64,000 nt of DNA from a virus. This document shows positions 10,524-20,761 of the stretch, piece by piece (the first letter of the stretch is position 1; each line of letters starts with the position of its first letter). The translations under genes and the position numbers were made by a program. The stretch lies in the IMG/VR virus record IMGVR_UViG_3300022555_000009. The stretch is one strand, 5' to 3'. The notes below the pieces were generated by a model. That model was not told the DNA's origin. It ran no database searches and saw only the letters and a program-made list of their open reading frames with translations.

Positions 10524-11342
10524 ATGAGCATGTATGAATCAGTTATCTCGGGAACGGAAAATATTGACAAAGTCCATAAGGTTGTAGTTAGTCTTTCTGG
10601 CGGACTTGATTCCACAACGCTTCTATACTTTATGGTAAAGAAACTTGGTAGAGAAAATGTAGTCGCACTAAGCTTCGATTACAATCAGAGGCACGGTGAT
10701 GTGGAACTCAAGCAGGCATCTAAGACATGTGAGAAGCTCGGGGTCAAGCATAAGATTATTAATCTCTCTTTCCTCGGAGAAATCGCTGCAAACGTATCAG
10801 CGATGGTCAAGGGGTCGGTTGCAACCCCAACAATGGGTGATCTCGACGCTGAGAAGACTGTGCCAACGTATGTACCATTTCGTAATACAATTCTTACGGG
10901 GATCACTTTAGCTTACGCTGAAGCCAATGGAGCAGATGGTATCGCTCTCGGCGTCCAGTATGGTGATTACGAGAACAATGAAGTCTACTTATATTGGGAT
11001 TGTCAGGAAGTTTTCACCAAGGCTATGCAGGCTGTAGCTGATCTCAATAACAAGCACAAGATTACTTTTATCGCTCCCTTCGTTAAATTGAAGAAAGTAG
11101 ATGAGATACAACTCGGCTCAGAACTAAGTATTCCCTACGAGGATTCTTGGACCTGCTATAATCCCACCATAAAGTTTGAAAGAATGGATTATTCTTTCGA
11201 CCCCATGGGAGGCAGAAATGGCCACTCAAGGAATCGATATATCCCTTGTGGCATTTGCCCATCGTGCGCTGGTCGAGCTGATTCTTTCAAGGAGCTCAAG
11301 ATGAAAGATCCTCTCGTAGAGCAGGACGGGGTTGTATATTGA
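10524..11342 (+). CDS. queC: 7-cyano-7-deazaguanine synthase
   Basis: SGGLDSTT, YNQRH, TYVPFRN, SWTCY and CGICPSC motifs. Confidence 0.95.
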   Translation: MSMYESVISGTENIDKVHKVVVSLSGGLDSTTLLYFMVKKLGRENVVALSFDYNQRHGDVELKQASKTCEKLGVKHKIINLSFLGEIAANVSAMVKGSVATPTMGDLDAEKTVPTYVPFRNTILTGITLAYAEANGADGIALGVQYGDYENNEVYLYWDCQEVFTKAMQAVADLNNKHKITFIAPFVKLKKVDEIQLGSELSIPYEDSWTCYNPTIKFERMDYSFDPMGGRNGHSRNRYIPCGICPSCAGRADSFKELKMKDPLVEQDGVVY

Positions 11343-12319
11343 GTCTTCCTGATATGCAAAAATGTACCGACGGCTTTCCTAAGATCCCTATTAGTAAGGT
11401 AGGTATTAGAAATATAGAACTACCAATAAAGGTATACACGAAGGACTCTGTAGCATCGCGATCTTTTTCCACTATAGCTACCATATCCTCATACTGCGAC
11501 TTAGTCGAAGGCGTGAAAGGTATTAATATGTCGAGAATATCTAGAACGATATTCGACATATTCAAAGAGCCTAGAGGATTCATTTTAGATATGGCAGAAG
11601 AGTGCGTATATGCACTCCAGAAGGCGCACGATACGGATGACATTTACCTTAAAGTAAAATTCAAGTATCCCTTCATTCATAATTCGCCGATATCCAAGGA
11701 TCTCAAGTCCCCAGAAATTGTCGACGTGGAAATTGAAACCACGCTTGTGAATAATATTTTGAAGAAGTACTTGACTGTGGATGTAGTTGGTATGTCCTTG
11801 TGTCCGTGTTCTAAGGAAATGAGCCTTCTCATTAATAACCTGACCGAGGAAGAGAGAACTCTATTCGACGTCTGGGACAGTAACGCCGACGACCTCTGGC
11901 CTACTATGAAAAGTCTCGTTAGCAAATTGAAGAAGGCTGGCTTCGGCGCTCATAATCAAAAGTCATTTGTTAAAATTAAAGTAGAAGTAAGAGATGACAT
12001 CGTATGGATAGAAGACTTGGTCAATCTTGTGTATCGATGCACTTCCGCCCCAACCTTCTCGGTTTTAAAGAGACCAGATGAAAAGTGGGTTACAGAGGTA
12101 TCTTATATGGGCGGGTATTACGATGATAATAAACAATTTGTAGAAGTACCTGACGCTGGGCCTAAATTCGTGGAAGATATTTCTCGTCAGTGCGCAGAGA
12201 AGCTGAATGAGATGTGTGCAGTGAAAGATTATGTTGTCGTAGTTCGTAATCAGGAAAGTATTCATAGCGGCGACATAGAAGCAGTCGCCGTGTTGTCAGC
12301 AGGAAAAGAATTACGATGA
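11339..12319 (+). CDS. folE2: GTP cyclohydrolase IB
   Basis: KGINMSR, SLCPCSK, AHNQ, LKRPDEK, FVED and ESIH motifs. Confidence 0.92.
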   Translation: MSLPDMQKCTDGFPKIPISKVGIRNIELPIKVYTKDSVASRSFSTIATISSYCDLVEGVKGINMSRISRTIFDIFKEPRGFILDMAEECVYALQKAHDTDDIYLKVKFKYPFIHNSPISKDLKSPEIVDVEIETTLVNNILKKYLTVDVVGMSLCPCSKEMSLLINNLTEEERTLFDVWDSNADDLWPTMKSLVSKLKKAGFGAHNQKSFVKIKVEVRDDIVWIEDLVNLVYRCTSAPTFSVLKRPDEKWVTEVSYMGGYYDDNKQFVEVPDAGPKFVEDISRQCAEKLNEMCAVKDYVVVVRNQESIHSGDIEAVAVLSAGKELR

Positions 12320-12579
12320 GTAAATGTAAGCATTGTGAATCAACTAGCCATGGCCCTGGATGCCAATATGGGCCTAAGAGAATGCACGAGCACATTGCCG
12401 ATGACGAAACATGCGTATACTGCGGCTCAACAAGTAGAGGCCCTGGATGTCAGTATAGTCCGCACGAACCATATCATGTTCATAAGCATGGCCAAAGCGA
12501 CAACAAGTGCATTTGGTGCGGTTCGACCAGTATTGGACCTGGTTGTCAATATAGTCCAAATCATATACACGAAAAATAG
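12316..12579 (+). CDS. Cys/His-rich triple-repeat (Zn-binding) protein
   Basis: Three copies of CxxC-x-STSxGPGCQY(G/S)P..H.H; ATGA overlap with folE2. Confidence 0.7.
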   Translation: MSKCKHCESTSHGPGCQYGPKRMHEHIADDETCVYCGSTSRGPGCQYSPHEPYHVHKHGQSDNKCIWCGSTSIGPGCQYSPNHIHEK

Positions 12580-12601
12580 AACAAAAGAATCCTCTTTTTT
12601 C

Positions 12602-12643
12602 TTGCCACCGAGCGGTTTCACCGCCTTATATTATATATGTAAG
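12602..12643 (+). promoter_or_regulatory. Putative early promoter (TTGCCACCGA...CTTATATTATATATGTAAG)
   Basis: Conserved motif repeated eight times in the window. Confidence 0.7.
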
Positions 12644-13083
12644 GTGGTGAAACCTTGAAATACAGCAAAGAATTCCTGCGGAGCATGAAAGAGTCCATTG
12701 ATCGGACCGGAATGTACATGCCGCTCGAATACTGGGTTGCGTACAAGGATCTGCGGGAAAAATATCCCCTGGTCAACACCGGATTTGCCGATAAGAATAT
12801 GGCACAGTTCATGCAGCTCGAGGACGCACTATGATTCATAAACTCACAATTCATCTGGGTGAAGATGGTAATCTATATGATACCATTGAATGCAACGCGA
12901 ACCTCAAGCTAAGCTGGGGATCGCGTACCGGAGCCGATACTGATTGCCCCAAGTGTCTTGCTATTATGGCTGCACAGGAGAAACATAATGAGCACACCAA
13001 AAAGTAGTGACGTAGCTTGGCTCTGCTTTTTCTACACCATCGTCATCATTCTACTCGTCGCGCTTTTCTGAAAGGACACCTAA

Positions 13084-14373
13084 ATGAACGAAGACCTTAA
13101 AATTCTCGCTAGGTTCGTGGATGAGGTGAATAAGACCAACTCCTCGAACGAGAAGATCGAGATCCTGCAAAAGTACGAATCCCTCCGGAGGATGTTCAGG
13201 TACGTTTACGACGAGCAGATTCAGTTCGGCGTGACGAGCAAGAATGTCAAGAAGCAAGGTATCTGCAACCGTGTACGGTATAAGGATATTTACGCTCTTC
13301 TTGACGATCTCGCTTCAGGCGAGCTCTCTGGGCACGATGCTCTTGGTCAGGTCAACGGATTCATCGAGGCGAACGGCTTTGCCGATTTGATCTATTGCAT
13401 TCTCGACAAGGACCTCAAGACTCGGACAGGATCTACCCTCATCAACAAGGCTCTTCCCGACTGCATTCCTACTTTCGACGTCGCTCTCGCGCATGTGTAC
13501 GAGGACCGCGCTAAGAAGGTGTTTTTCGGAAAGGAGCCTTGGTACGCGTCGAGGAAGATGGACGGACTCAGGCTCATCACGATCGTAGACAAGCACTCCA
13601 ACGCCAAATTCTTTTCAAGGACAGGCAAGGAGTTTCTTACTCTGTCCAAGATTGCAGCCGAGATTAAGAAGTCCGGAATTATTGATATCGTTTTCGACGG
13701 CGAGCTCTGCATGGTCGATTCCGACGGTATGGAGACCTTTAAGGGCATCATTAAGGAAGCCCGACAGAAAGACCACACCATCGAAAATCCCATGTACATG
13801 ATCTTCGACTGCCTCGATCCCGAGGACTTCTGGTCGAAGAACGGCAAGCAGGTCCTCTCTGAGAGGTACCATGTTCTACAGGCCTTCATGGCTGGGAGGA
13901 CCTTCAAGCATATAAAGAAGGTTGAGCAGACCCTTGTGCGAGATAATGCTCACTTTGAGGAGCTTCGCAAGACTGCCCTCGCCAACCATTGGGAGGGCCT
14001 GGTTATTAGGAAGAACGTCGGATACGAAGGTAAGAGGACCAACAATCTTCTCAAGGCTAAGTACTTTCAGGATACTGAATTGCGTGTCAAGGGAATCATC
14101 ACTGGTCCTTTCCGCATCATCAATAAGGAGACGGGCCTCGAGGACTCTATTACGACCCTGTCCGCAGTTGTTGTGGACTACAAGGGCTTCGAGGTCAACG
14201 TCGGATCCGGCTTTACCCTGGCCGAGAGAAACGAGTTTTATTGGAATCCTAAGTCGATCGTCGGCAAGATGATTAATGTTAGGTACTTCGGTGAGACCAC
14301 TAATGATAAGGGAACGCTTAGTTTGCTGTTCCCTACCTACTGGGGTCTCTATGGCGATGAAAGGGATGTATGA
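13084..14373 (+). CDS. lig: ATP-dependent DNA ligase
   Basis: KMDGLR, FDGEL, EGLVIR, LLKAK and VGSGF motifs. Confidence 0.93.
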   Translation: MNEDLKILARFVDEVNKTNSSNEKIEILQKYESLRRMFRYVYDEQIQFGVTSKNVKKQGICNRVRYKDIYALLDDLASGELSGHDALGQVNGFIEANGFADLIYCILDKDLKTRTGSTLINKALPDCIPTFDVALAHVYEDRAKKVFFGKEPWYASRKMDGLRLITIVDKHSNAKFFSRTGKEFLTLSKIAAEIKKSGIIDIVFDGELCMVDSDGMETFKGIIKEARQKDHTIENPMYMIFDCLDPEDFWSKNGKQVLSERYHVLQAFMAGRTFKHIKKVEQTLVRDNAHFEELRKTALANHWEGLVIRKNVGYEGKRTNNLLKAKYFQDTELRVKGIITGPFRIINKETGLEDSITTLSAVVVDYKGFEVNVGSGFTLAERNEFYWNPKSIVGKMINVRYFGETTNDKGTLSLLFPTYWGLYGDERDV

Positions 14374-14547
14374 AGAAACGAACTAAAGAGGAAATGCTGG
14401 CAGCCGCAGTCTCTAATTCCGAGCGGCGCAGAATAGAGAGGCAAGTTCCTGACGACTCGTGTGCCACGTGCGATGAGTCCGTCGATGGATCTCCCTCTGC
14501 CTCTTGTGTTGGGCAGTGTGCAAAAAGATAAGTGAGGGTAGTATATC

Positions 14548-14937
14548 TTGAGCAAGCTCATTCTAGTCCGAGGTTTGCCGGGCAGCGGGAAGTCCACTTG
14601 GGTCCGCACTAATTTCCCAGGGATATTCCATCTCGAAGCCGACATGTTTTTTATGAAGAACGGCATGTACTTTTTCGAGAAGTCCAAGCTTGCCCAGAAT
14701 CACCTGACCTTACAGCGCATTGCAAAGATGATCTTAGATGAAGGCGCGGATGTCGTTATTTCCAACACATTCGTACATACCTGGGAAATCACAAGCATAA
14801 TCTACCACCCTTCTGTCACGGAATCCGTAGTCTATAGGATGACTTCAATGTACGGCACTACACACGGAGTGCCTGAGGAAACCGTTACTCGAATGAAGGC
14901 TCAGATGGAAGATTGGCCCGGAGAGATACTCATATGA
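14548..14937 (+). CDS. AAA_33 / polynucleotide-kinase-like P-loop protein
   Basis: RGLPGSGKST, EAD, VISNT and HGVP motifs. Confidence 0.8.
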   Translation: MSKLILVRGLPGSGKSTWVRTNFPGIFHLEADMFFMKNGMYFFEKSKLAQNHLTLQRIAKMILDEGADVVISNTFVHTWEITSIIYHPSVTESVVYRMTSMYGTTHGVPEETVTRMKAQMEDWPGEILI

Positions 14938-15251
14938 ACACCGATGGCATGTACGAAGCCACTATGGTTCTTGTGCGCAATTTGCGCGAGTATCCTGCTG
15001 AGTGGCATGACTATGTCAAAGCCTTTCTGAGCAGAATTATGGCTCAGTTTCTCAACGACGGTATTTCACGAGACGATAAAGACTGTAACGAGTATGCCTG
15101 TAACTGCCTGGAAGCCATGCAAGACTGCAATATAAAACCTTCGATTGATAGCCTCATATCCGATCTGGAGTATTTCTCTGATCGGTGGTCATGGGAGCGA
15201 GTTATGTGGATAATGGAGTTAAGCAGGATAGTTAGAGATTCGGAGGAGTAG
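14934..15251 (+). CDS. Hypothetical protein
   Basis: ATGA overlap with the upstream gene. Confidence 0.5.
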   Translation: MNTDGMYEATMVLVRNLREYPAEWHDYVKAFLSRIMAQFLNDGISRDDKDCNEYACNCLEAMQDCNIKPSIDSLISDLEYFSDRWSWERVMWIMELSRIVRDSEE

Positions 15252-15255
15252 TGGA

Positions 15256-15870
15256 ATGCTCATCATAGATAAGAATACAGATTACTACGACCACCTCGGA
15301 AAAATCTACGGGGTGGACAAAAATATAGTATATGATCGAAGGGGGTCTGTTGCTCTATCGGAGAAGGATCTTCTCGTCATCGCAGACAATTCCCATCCAT
15401 TCGGCAATCCCAGAGATTCGTACATCATTGTTGAGATTGGTTATACTCAATATCTTTTCAGTGTTTCCGATTTCAAGTACAGAAAGATTTATTCGGCGTT
15501 TAATGACATAGAGGAACCTTACGCAGCTACTTTTAAACTCATTAAGACCTTTAAGGATCAGAAGCATTACGGAGAGGCCTCGATGTCCTTGATTCCTGTC
15601 GAGAAAGAGTATAGAGGCTGGAGAACATTTAACAAAGTACCTACTTCTTATTCTGAGCTCAAAAAGAGAGGTGGCCCTGTTCTAAATCCTATTTTGAAGG
15701 ATACATCCTTTACAAGCCTTCTAAGTCAACAGGATATTTGGGTGGATTTGTCTAATTACATTTCGTCGAAGTACAACGACAAGACTATCACTATCAAGAA
15801 TACGGATGTTGACAAACTTGTCAATCATGGGTTTGATAAGAGGACTTCTTTTAGACACCCTGTAAAGTAG
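15256..15870 (+). CDS. Conserved phage hypothetical protein
   Basis: GGAGGAG RBS; MLIID...DYYD N-terminus and HGFDKRTSFR C-terminus. Confidence 0.6.
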   Translation: MLIIDKNTDYYDHLGKIYGVDKNIVYDRRGSVALSEKDLLVIADNSHPFGNPRDSYIIVEIGYTQYLFSVSDFKYRKIYSAFNDIEEPYAATFKLIKTFKDQKHYGEASMSLIPVEKEYRGWRTFNKVPTSYSELKKRGGPVLNPILKDTSFTSLLSQQDIWVDLSNYISSKYNDKTITIKNTDVDKLVNHGFDKRTSFRHPVK

Positions 15871-16068
15871 GAGAAAAATGAATACGCCAGAACCCTGTAG
15901 CCGTTGTGGATTTCTTTACTCGGATTGTATGCAACGGGATAATTCCACTTATACGGCAGAATGCATCAAGGAATTGAGGATGGGTGATCTAAATTGTCCA
16001 AGCTTTAAAGACTGGAGACTGGTCACCATGGGAGAGAAGTGGAATCTTCAAAAATAATTTAATTATTT

Positions 16069-16112
16069 TTGCCACGATTGAAGTAGAGATTGGTTATATT
16101 GTATCTGTAGGG
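16069..16112 (+). promoter_or_regulatory. Putative early promoter variant
   Basis: TTGCCAC-N-TTATATTGTATCTGTAG. Confidence 0.55.
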
Positions 16113-16162
16113 AATAAACCCGCGTCAGCAACGGGCAAAAATACACAAAGGAGAATTGAAAG

Positions 16163-16423
16163 ATGGAAATCGTAAAGTACATCCGCAACAGGGACAACCA
16201 GAAGGTCGGAGTGCTCGTTTCAAACGGGTATAATTCGGTTGGTTGGTCGCTCTGCCATATTGGCCTCGAGAGGTTCAACAAGGAGAGGGGCATTGAGATC
16301 GCTCGCGGTCGTGAGGCCAGGGGGACTGAGACTATGATGCCCGTGTCGATCGCAGAGGACTACGCTGAGTTTCTGGAGCGGTCCAGGCGCTACTTCGGTA
16401 AGGATGGTTCAGGCGCTCTCTGA
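16163..16423 (+). CDS. Hypothetical protein
   Basis: AAGGAG RBS; followed by a terminator. Confidence 0.6.
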   Translation: MEIVKYIRNRDNQKVGVLVSNGYNSVGWSLCHIGLERFNKERGIEIARGREARGTETMMPVSIAEDYAEFLERSRRYFGKDGSGAL

Positions 16424-16446
16424 ACTATAATTTAGAATAATATAAG

Positions 16447-16474
16447 CCCCCTTTGTAAAATAAAGGGGGTTTTT
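16447..16474 (+). terminator. Rho-independent terminator
   Basis: CCCCTTT/AAAGGGG hairpin followed by a T-run. Confidence 0.65.
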
Positions 16475-16492
16475 ATTTTATATATTAAAGAT

Positions 16493-17110
16493 ATGCTAGA
16501 AATCAAGAATACAGAAGTCTGCTATCTCGGTCGAGCTATTAAAGCCTCAGGTAATCCTATGACCATAGGAGAAATAGATACAATAACTAATGACGTGAGT
16601 GCCCTAGTTGGCGCTCATATGGGGCGAGCAAAAAAGCTTGGACGCGTCGACGCAGGCTTCGGTCACGATAACTTCCTATCCGGAATCGATGTAATGTACG
16701 ACGTGAAGTACTCGATGTACTGGTCGATGGAATTCCAAAGATACCATTTCAACCAAATAATTTCTTCACAATCAAAAATGCATCGACTCACGACGATGGG
16801 AAAAGATTGGGATAGCTTCTATGCTATGTTTAATGAATATGTAGATTTAGACTGCATTAGAAAAGTATTTGGATTAATTCAAATGTATAATGATGAAGAA
16901 AATTCTGAAATAAAATATACTTTATTTATGAGAATAATTAGTTCTCTTCCTATGGGCTTCGAGATGTGGATGACAGTAAGGACAAACTATTTGCAGCTTA
17001 AAACTATGTACCACCAACGGAAGAACCACAAGCTCAGGGAAGACTGGGGCCCGTTCTGTGAGTGGTGTGAAGGGCTACCTTGGTTCAAAGAACTGGTGGG
17101 AATTGACTAA
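16493..17110 (+). CDS. ThyX-fold-like phage protein
   Basis: GHDNFL, EFQRYHF..ISSQSKMH and NYLQLKTMYHQRKNHKL..W motifs. Confidence 0.5.
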   Translation: MLEIKNTEVCYLGRAIKASGNPMTIGEIDTITNDVSALVGAHMGRAKKLGRVDAGFGHDNFLSGIDVMYDVKYSMYWSMEFQRYHFNQIISSQSKMHRLTTMGKDWDSFYAMFNEYVDLDCIRKVFGLIQMYNDEENSEIKYTLFMRIISSLPMGFEMWMTVRTNYLQLKTMYHQRKNHKLREDWGPFCEWCEGLPWFKELVGID

Positions 17111-17493
17111 TGGAATATAACATAGGACAGCACATTGAGACCCCGGAAGGTGTCTATGTCAGGGTCTTCGCATCTCACGATGGCTCCTACCTTTGTCCTA
17201 AATGCAGCGCAAGCGTCGACAAAGACAGCATCGTAAGACATAATCATGAACACTGGACTGAGCAAGGGTTTCTAGGACTGCCCGAGAGCCGAGATAGTGA
17301 TACGGCTATATATAAATGTAAAAATTGCGGCCACGAAGCAAGCGACGATGATGTTATACAAAAGACCATATTAATTCCACTTAGCGAGTACGAAGAAATT
17401 GAAGAGAGAATTAGAAAGCATAGTGAGGGTATGCTCAAGCTAATTAAGCTAGCATATAGCGGTAAAGAAGATAAACTTTTTAGAGGTATGTGA
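17110..17493 (+). CDS. Zn-ribbon protein
   Basis: Two CxxC pairs. Confidence 0.5.
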   Translation: MEYNIGQHIETPEGVYVRVFASHDGSYLCPKCSASVDKDSIVRHNHEHWTEQGFLGLPESRDSDTAIYKCKNCGHEASDDDVIQKTILIPLSEYEEIEERIRKHSEGMLKLIKLAYSGKEDKLFRGM

Positions 17494-17672
17494 AATGACC
17501 AAGGAAGAGAGCTTACGAATACTCGCGGGAGTATTAGAGAGAATAAAAAATATGACTCAAGAGGAATTTAATATAAGGAGTTTCCTTAGTGTGCATGAAA
17601 CTATGGAAATAAGATACAGAGAAAAAATTGATTTATTTTTATACCAGACAAGGAGCAAATAAAGATATGAGA

Positions 17673-18354
17673 ATGGACCTAGCAGAACTAGTAGTAGTAA
17701 TGGATAAGTCGGGATCAATGGCAGGCGCGCAGAGTGACGCTATTGGTGGAATTTAATCAGTTTTTGAAGGAGCAGAAGGAAGCTCCAGGAGAAGCAAAGC
17801 TTACCGTTGAGCTTTTCGATTCTCAGTGTTCCTTCTATGTCTTGAACGCGGACATTAGGAGTGTTGATCCTCTTAACGAGAAGTCATATAGCCCCAGTGG
17901 TAATACGGCTCTCTACGATGCCATCGGTAAAGCTATCGATGAAACAGGTACTCGCTTGGCTGCCTACGAGGCCGAGTCTCGGCCTGCAAAAGTCATCTTT
18001 GCTATTCTCACTGACGGAGAAGAGAACTCCTCACGAGAGTACGACAAGAAGAAGATTTTTGATATGATTAAGAAGACTCGCGATACCTTGGGCTGGGAGT
18101 TTATCTACCTTGCCGCTGGAGCCGAGGCATTCAAAGGCGGCGCCGATATTGGTATGAACGTATCCAAGATGGCTCTGTACAGGAATGACAATGCTGGTAA
18201 TACTGGAACATATACCGCAACATCTTCTTATGTGACTTCTTTGAGAAGCGCTGTCGATATGGATCAATTCAAGGAATTTTCTATGTCTAATAATATGCAG
18301 GCTGAAGTCAACGCAGCAGTTCTCTCCGAGGAAAACAAAGATCCAGCACCATAA
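17673..18354 (+). pseudogene. vWA-domain protein with a +1 frameshift near 17751
   Basis: MDLAELVVVMDKSGSM (MIDAS DxSGS) ends at TAA and continues in the next frame as FNQFLKEQK...TALYDAIG...LTDGEENSS. Confidence 0.75.
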
Positions 18355-18366
18355 AAGGAGTAGTGG

Positions 18367-18549
18367 GTGAAATATCTTATAGTCTTTGAGTTAGACGACT
18401 CTGAAATGAACTTAGGGCTCGATGAGGCAACAAATAAAACTAGGCTAGTGCGGCATCATCTCAATGAAGGAAATTTAGTCCTGAGTGAAATGTCCTTGGA
18501 AGGTGTTTATGATAGTGAGAACTATGAAGTTGCTGCAACGGACTACTGA
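18367..18549 (+). CDS. Hypothetical protein
   Basis: AAGGAG RBS. Confidence 0.45.
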   Translation: MKYLIVFELDDSEMNLGLDEATNKTRLVRHHLNEGNLVLSEMSLEGVYDSENYEVAATDY

Positions 18550-18588
18550 ATGAGAAATCACACTAAATAAATAAGGAAATTAATAAGA

Positions 18589-19020
18589 ATGTATCCAGCA
18601 GGTATGTTTGACCACGAAGGTGATTTATGTCCGGTTTGTAGTAAGGCTCCGATGTCTACATTTACTTTTGTAGAAGAGCCCTACCCCCATTATGTATGCC
18701 CTTTGTGCGGAGAAGAATTTCCATTGGATCCCGATCAAATGGAACTAGAGGAAGATGCGACAGGTATTGTTAGGCCAGTAACGGCTGGGCCCCCTGTTGC
18801 ATCAGGAGTCTTATCCACTACTCCGGGAACTATGCCTGCTAACTCTGGAACACCTGATCCTACACAAGGGAAAAGAGTGGCAATACAAACAATGCTAGGA
18901 GATGAACAATTAGATTTGAGTCGAGTTCCCGATAATCAGTTAGATGGTATGATAGGTTCTTTAGGGAAGTTGAAAGTGAATCAATCTAGTCCTTTAAATA
19001 CCGGAGCGATGGGTTCATGA
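18589..19020 (+). CDS. Zn-ribbon protein (probably late)
   Basis: Two CPxC motifs; ACTAAATA motif upstream. Confidence 0.55.
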   Translation: MYPAGMFDHEGDLCPVCSKAPMSTFTFVEEPYPHYVCPLCGEEFPLDPDQMELEEDATGIVRPVTAGPPVASGVLSTTPGTMPANSGTPDPTQGKRVAIQTMLGDEQLDLSRVPDNQLDGMIGSLGKLKVNQSSPLNTGAMGS

Positions 19021-19268
19021 GTCCGACGACAGAGGCTTACAAAATGATTTTTGTAAATAAGCCAGTTTGGATCCCAGGAACTCAAACACCCGGGACTCTC
19101 GTCGATATAAGAGAACTCCCAGAGCTGCCCGGTCGCGATGTTGGTATTGTAAGTCACTCTGGAATATCTCCAGTAGACTTTCCAGTTAATTTAACGATTT
19201 TAAAAGTGAGAGGCAAAGACGGATCATTACAGAGTTTTGAACAATATCAAATGGCTGGTGAATTTTAG
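19017..19268 (+). CDS. Hypothetical protein
   Basis: ATGA overlap with the upstream gene. Confidence 0.5.
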   Translation: MSPTTEAYKMIFVNKPVWIPGTQTPGTLVDIRELPELPGRDVGIVSHSGISPVDFPVNLTILKVRGKDGSLQSFEQYQMAGEF

Positions 19269-19291
19269 TGTAATAATGTAAAAACTATACT

Positions 19292-19331
19292 AAAAAAGAC
19301 CACCATATGAAAAGAAAGGTGGTCTTTTTTT
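19292..19331 (+). terminator. Terminator (possibly bidirectional)
   Basis: AAAAAGACCACC/GGTGGTCTTTTT inverted repeat. Confidence 0.65.
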
Positions 19332-19393
19332 ATCGGCAATATTGAATGTGATGACTTTCTATATTGAAAATAAGGAGTTAGATAAACTAACAA

Positions 19394-19684
19394 ATGAGTA
19401 AAAGGAATTTGACCGTGTCTAGTGCTGCAGAGTATCTGAAGAAGATGGGTTTTGAAGTCGACATGAGTCGCAAACTTCTCTGTATGCCCTCTTCTCCCGC
19501 TTTTGGCATTCACACTCTAGGGGTGATGGATTTTCTCGTCCTCGAGGCTCCTGGTCGAAATCATGGATTTCACCTCGTAAATGAGATTCCAAAGATCAAG
19601 TTGGACAAACTTGAGTCCGCTAAGATTGGGGTTTCCAAGGGAACCCCCGTAAAAGGGGTGGGAATCGCAGAAAAGAACATATAA
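19394..19684 (+). CDS. Hypothetical protein
   Basis: ORF with TAAGGAG upstream. Confidence 0.5.
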   Translation: MSKRNLTVSSAAEYLKKMGFEVDMSRKLLCMPSSPAFGIHTLGVMDFLVLEAPGRNHGFHLVNEIPKIKLDKLESAKIGVSKGTPVKGVGIAEKNI

Positions 19685-19718
19685 GGTCTGAAAAAATCGG
19701 GAAATTCCCTGTTTTTTC

Positions 19719-19760
19719 TTGCCACCGAGTTTAAAGTCAATCTTATATTATATACGTAAG
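19719..19760 (+). promoter_or_regulatory. Putative early promoter
   Basis: TTGCCACCGAG-N-CTTATATTATATACGTAAG. Confidence 0.7.
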
Positions 19761-19888
19761 GAAAACAAAAAACGGTCAGAGCGACAGTACAAAACAGGGG
19801 TAGGACAGAGTCCGAATTACCGACGGTGATGCCTAGGTAAACCCACTCTCCTTTAAGAGAGCAAAACTTCCGAGTTGAGGAGCCTAAA

Positions 19889-20257
19889 ATGGCGATATCG
19901 AAAGAGATTTGTGAGAGCTTCAGGACAGACTTTGCGGCCATGTCCAAGCTGTTCGAGGCCAAATACGGGCTTCGCCTCGATCTCGGCAGGATCACGTACA
20001 ACATGACGGAGCTTCGGGTCAAGTTGACCGGCACCGATATGTCCGCACAGCCAGCGAAGACTTCGGTCTACGGCGTCGCTGTCCATGTTCCTGCAATCGG
20101 CATCAAGTTCAAGTTTCCCGGTAAGCAGGCTGTCTACACGGTTATGCGTATCAACGAGCGAGCTTCGAAGAACAAGATTCAGGTCCAGACGGACCGCGGA
20201 GCGCGGTACGTGCTCTCCCTGGAGCAGTATCAGCGGGCGATCATCGTAACTAAGTAA
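19889..20257 (+). CDS. Hypothetical early protein
   Basis: GAGGAG RBS; GC-richer codon usage. Confidence 0.65.
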   Translation: MAISKEICESFRTDFAAMSKLFEAKYGLRLDLGRITYNMTELRVKLTGTDMSAQPAKTSVYGVAVHVPAIGIKFKFPGKQAVYTVMRINERASKNKIQVQTDRGARYVLSLEQYQRAIIVTK

Positions 20258-20393
20258 AGAAAAATATAAGGGATGCAAACGCCTTAGGTGCCCGAGTAGC
20301 CTCCGTGAAATAGCGGTAAGGGGCGGGACGAACACCTCAAACGGATAGCCTGTGGATAGCAATCGTCCACTCCGGTACGAGTAAGCCGGGTAG

Positions 20394-20469
20394 TTCTTGG
20401 GGTTGGAGGCGCAACCGCTCAGCGAGGATTGATCATCTCGCTGAGAGACACGTTCGAGTCGTGAAAGAA
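20394..20469 (+). ncRNA. tRNA-like RNA with an extended anticodon stem (loop TTGATCA)
   Basis: CTCAGCGAG/CTCGCTGAG stem and CACG-TTCGAGT-CGTG T-arm. Confidence 0.45.
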
Positions 20470-20761
20470 TTGTCTGACAACATGTACGGGCCACCCACTG
20501 CATGCGTAAGGTTTTGGTCGGTGGATAAAGTGCTAAAGGGGATCGCCGTCAGAAGCGTAATCTCTGCATAAAGTTGGGTGTGAGTCCTGATGCGTGTCTA
20601 CGAGTACGGTAGGAAACTCGTAGGGCAGATCGCGTGTACTAAGTCAGCGACGGGAAGGTGGAAGGCCCTCGTATTTTTCTGATGAGGTCCTAGCTGAAGG
20701 AGCTAGAGACATACTCCCAAAATCGGCGATAGCCCATCATACTAATTACTATATTAAACAT

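Noticed and set aside
20679-20715. CTGATGAG hammerhead-like core
   Set aside because: The required GAAA after stem II is absent (GACATAC)
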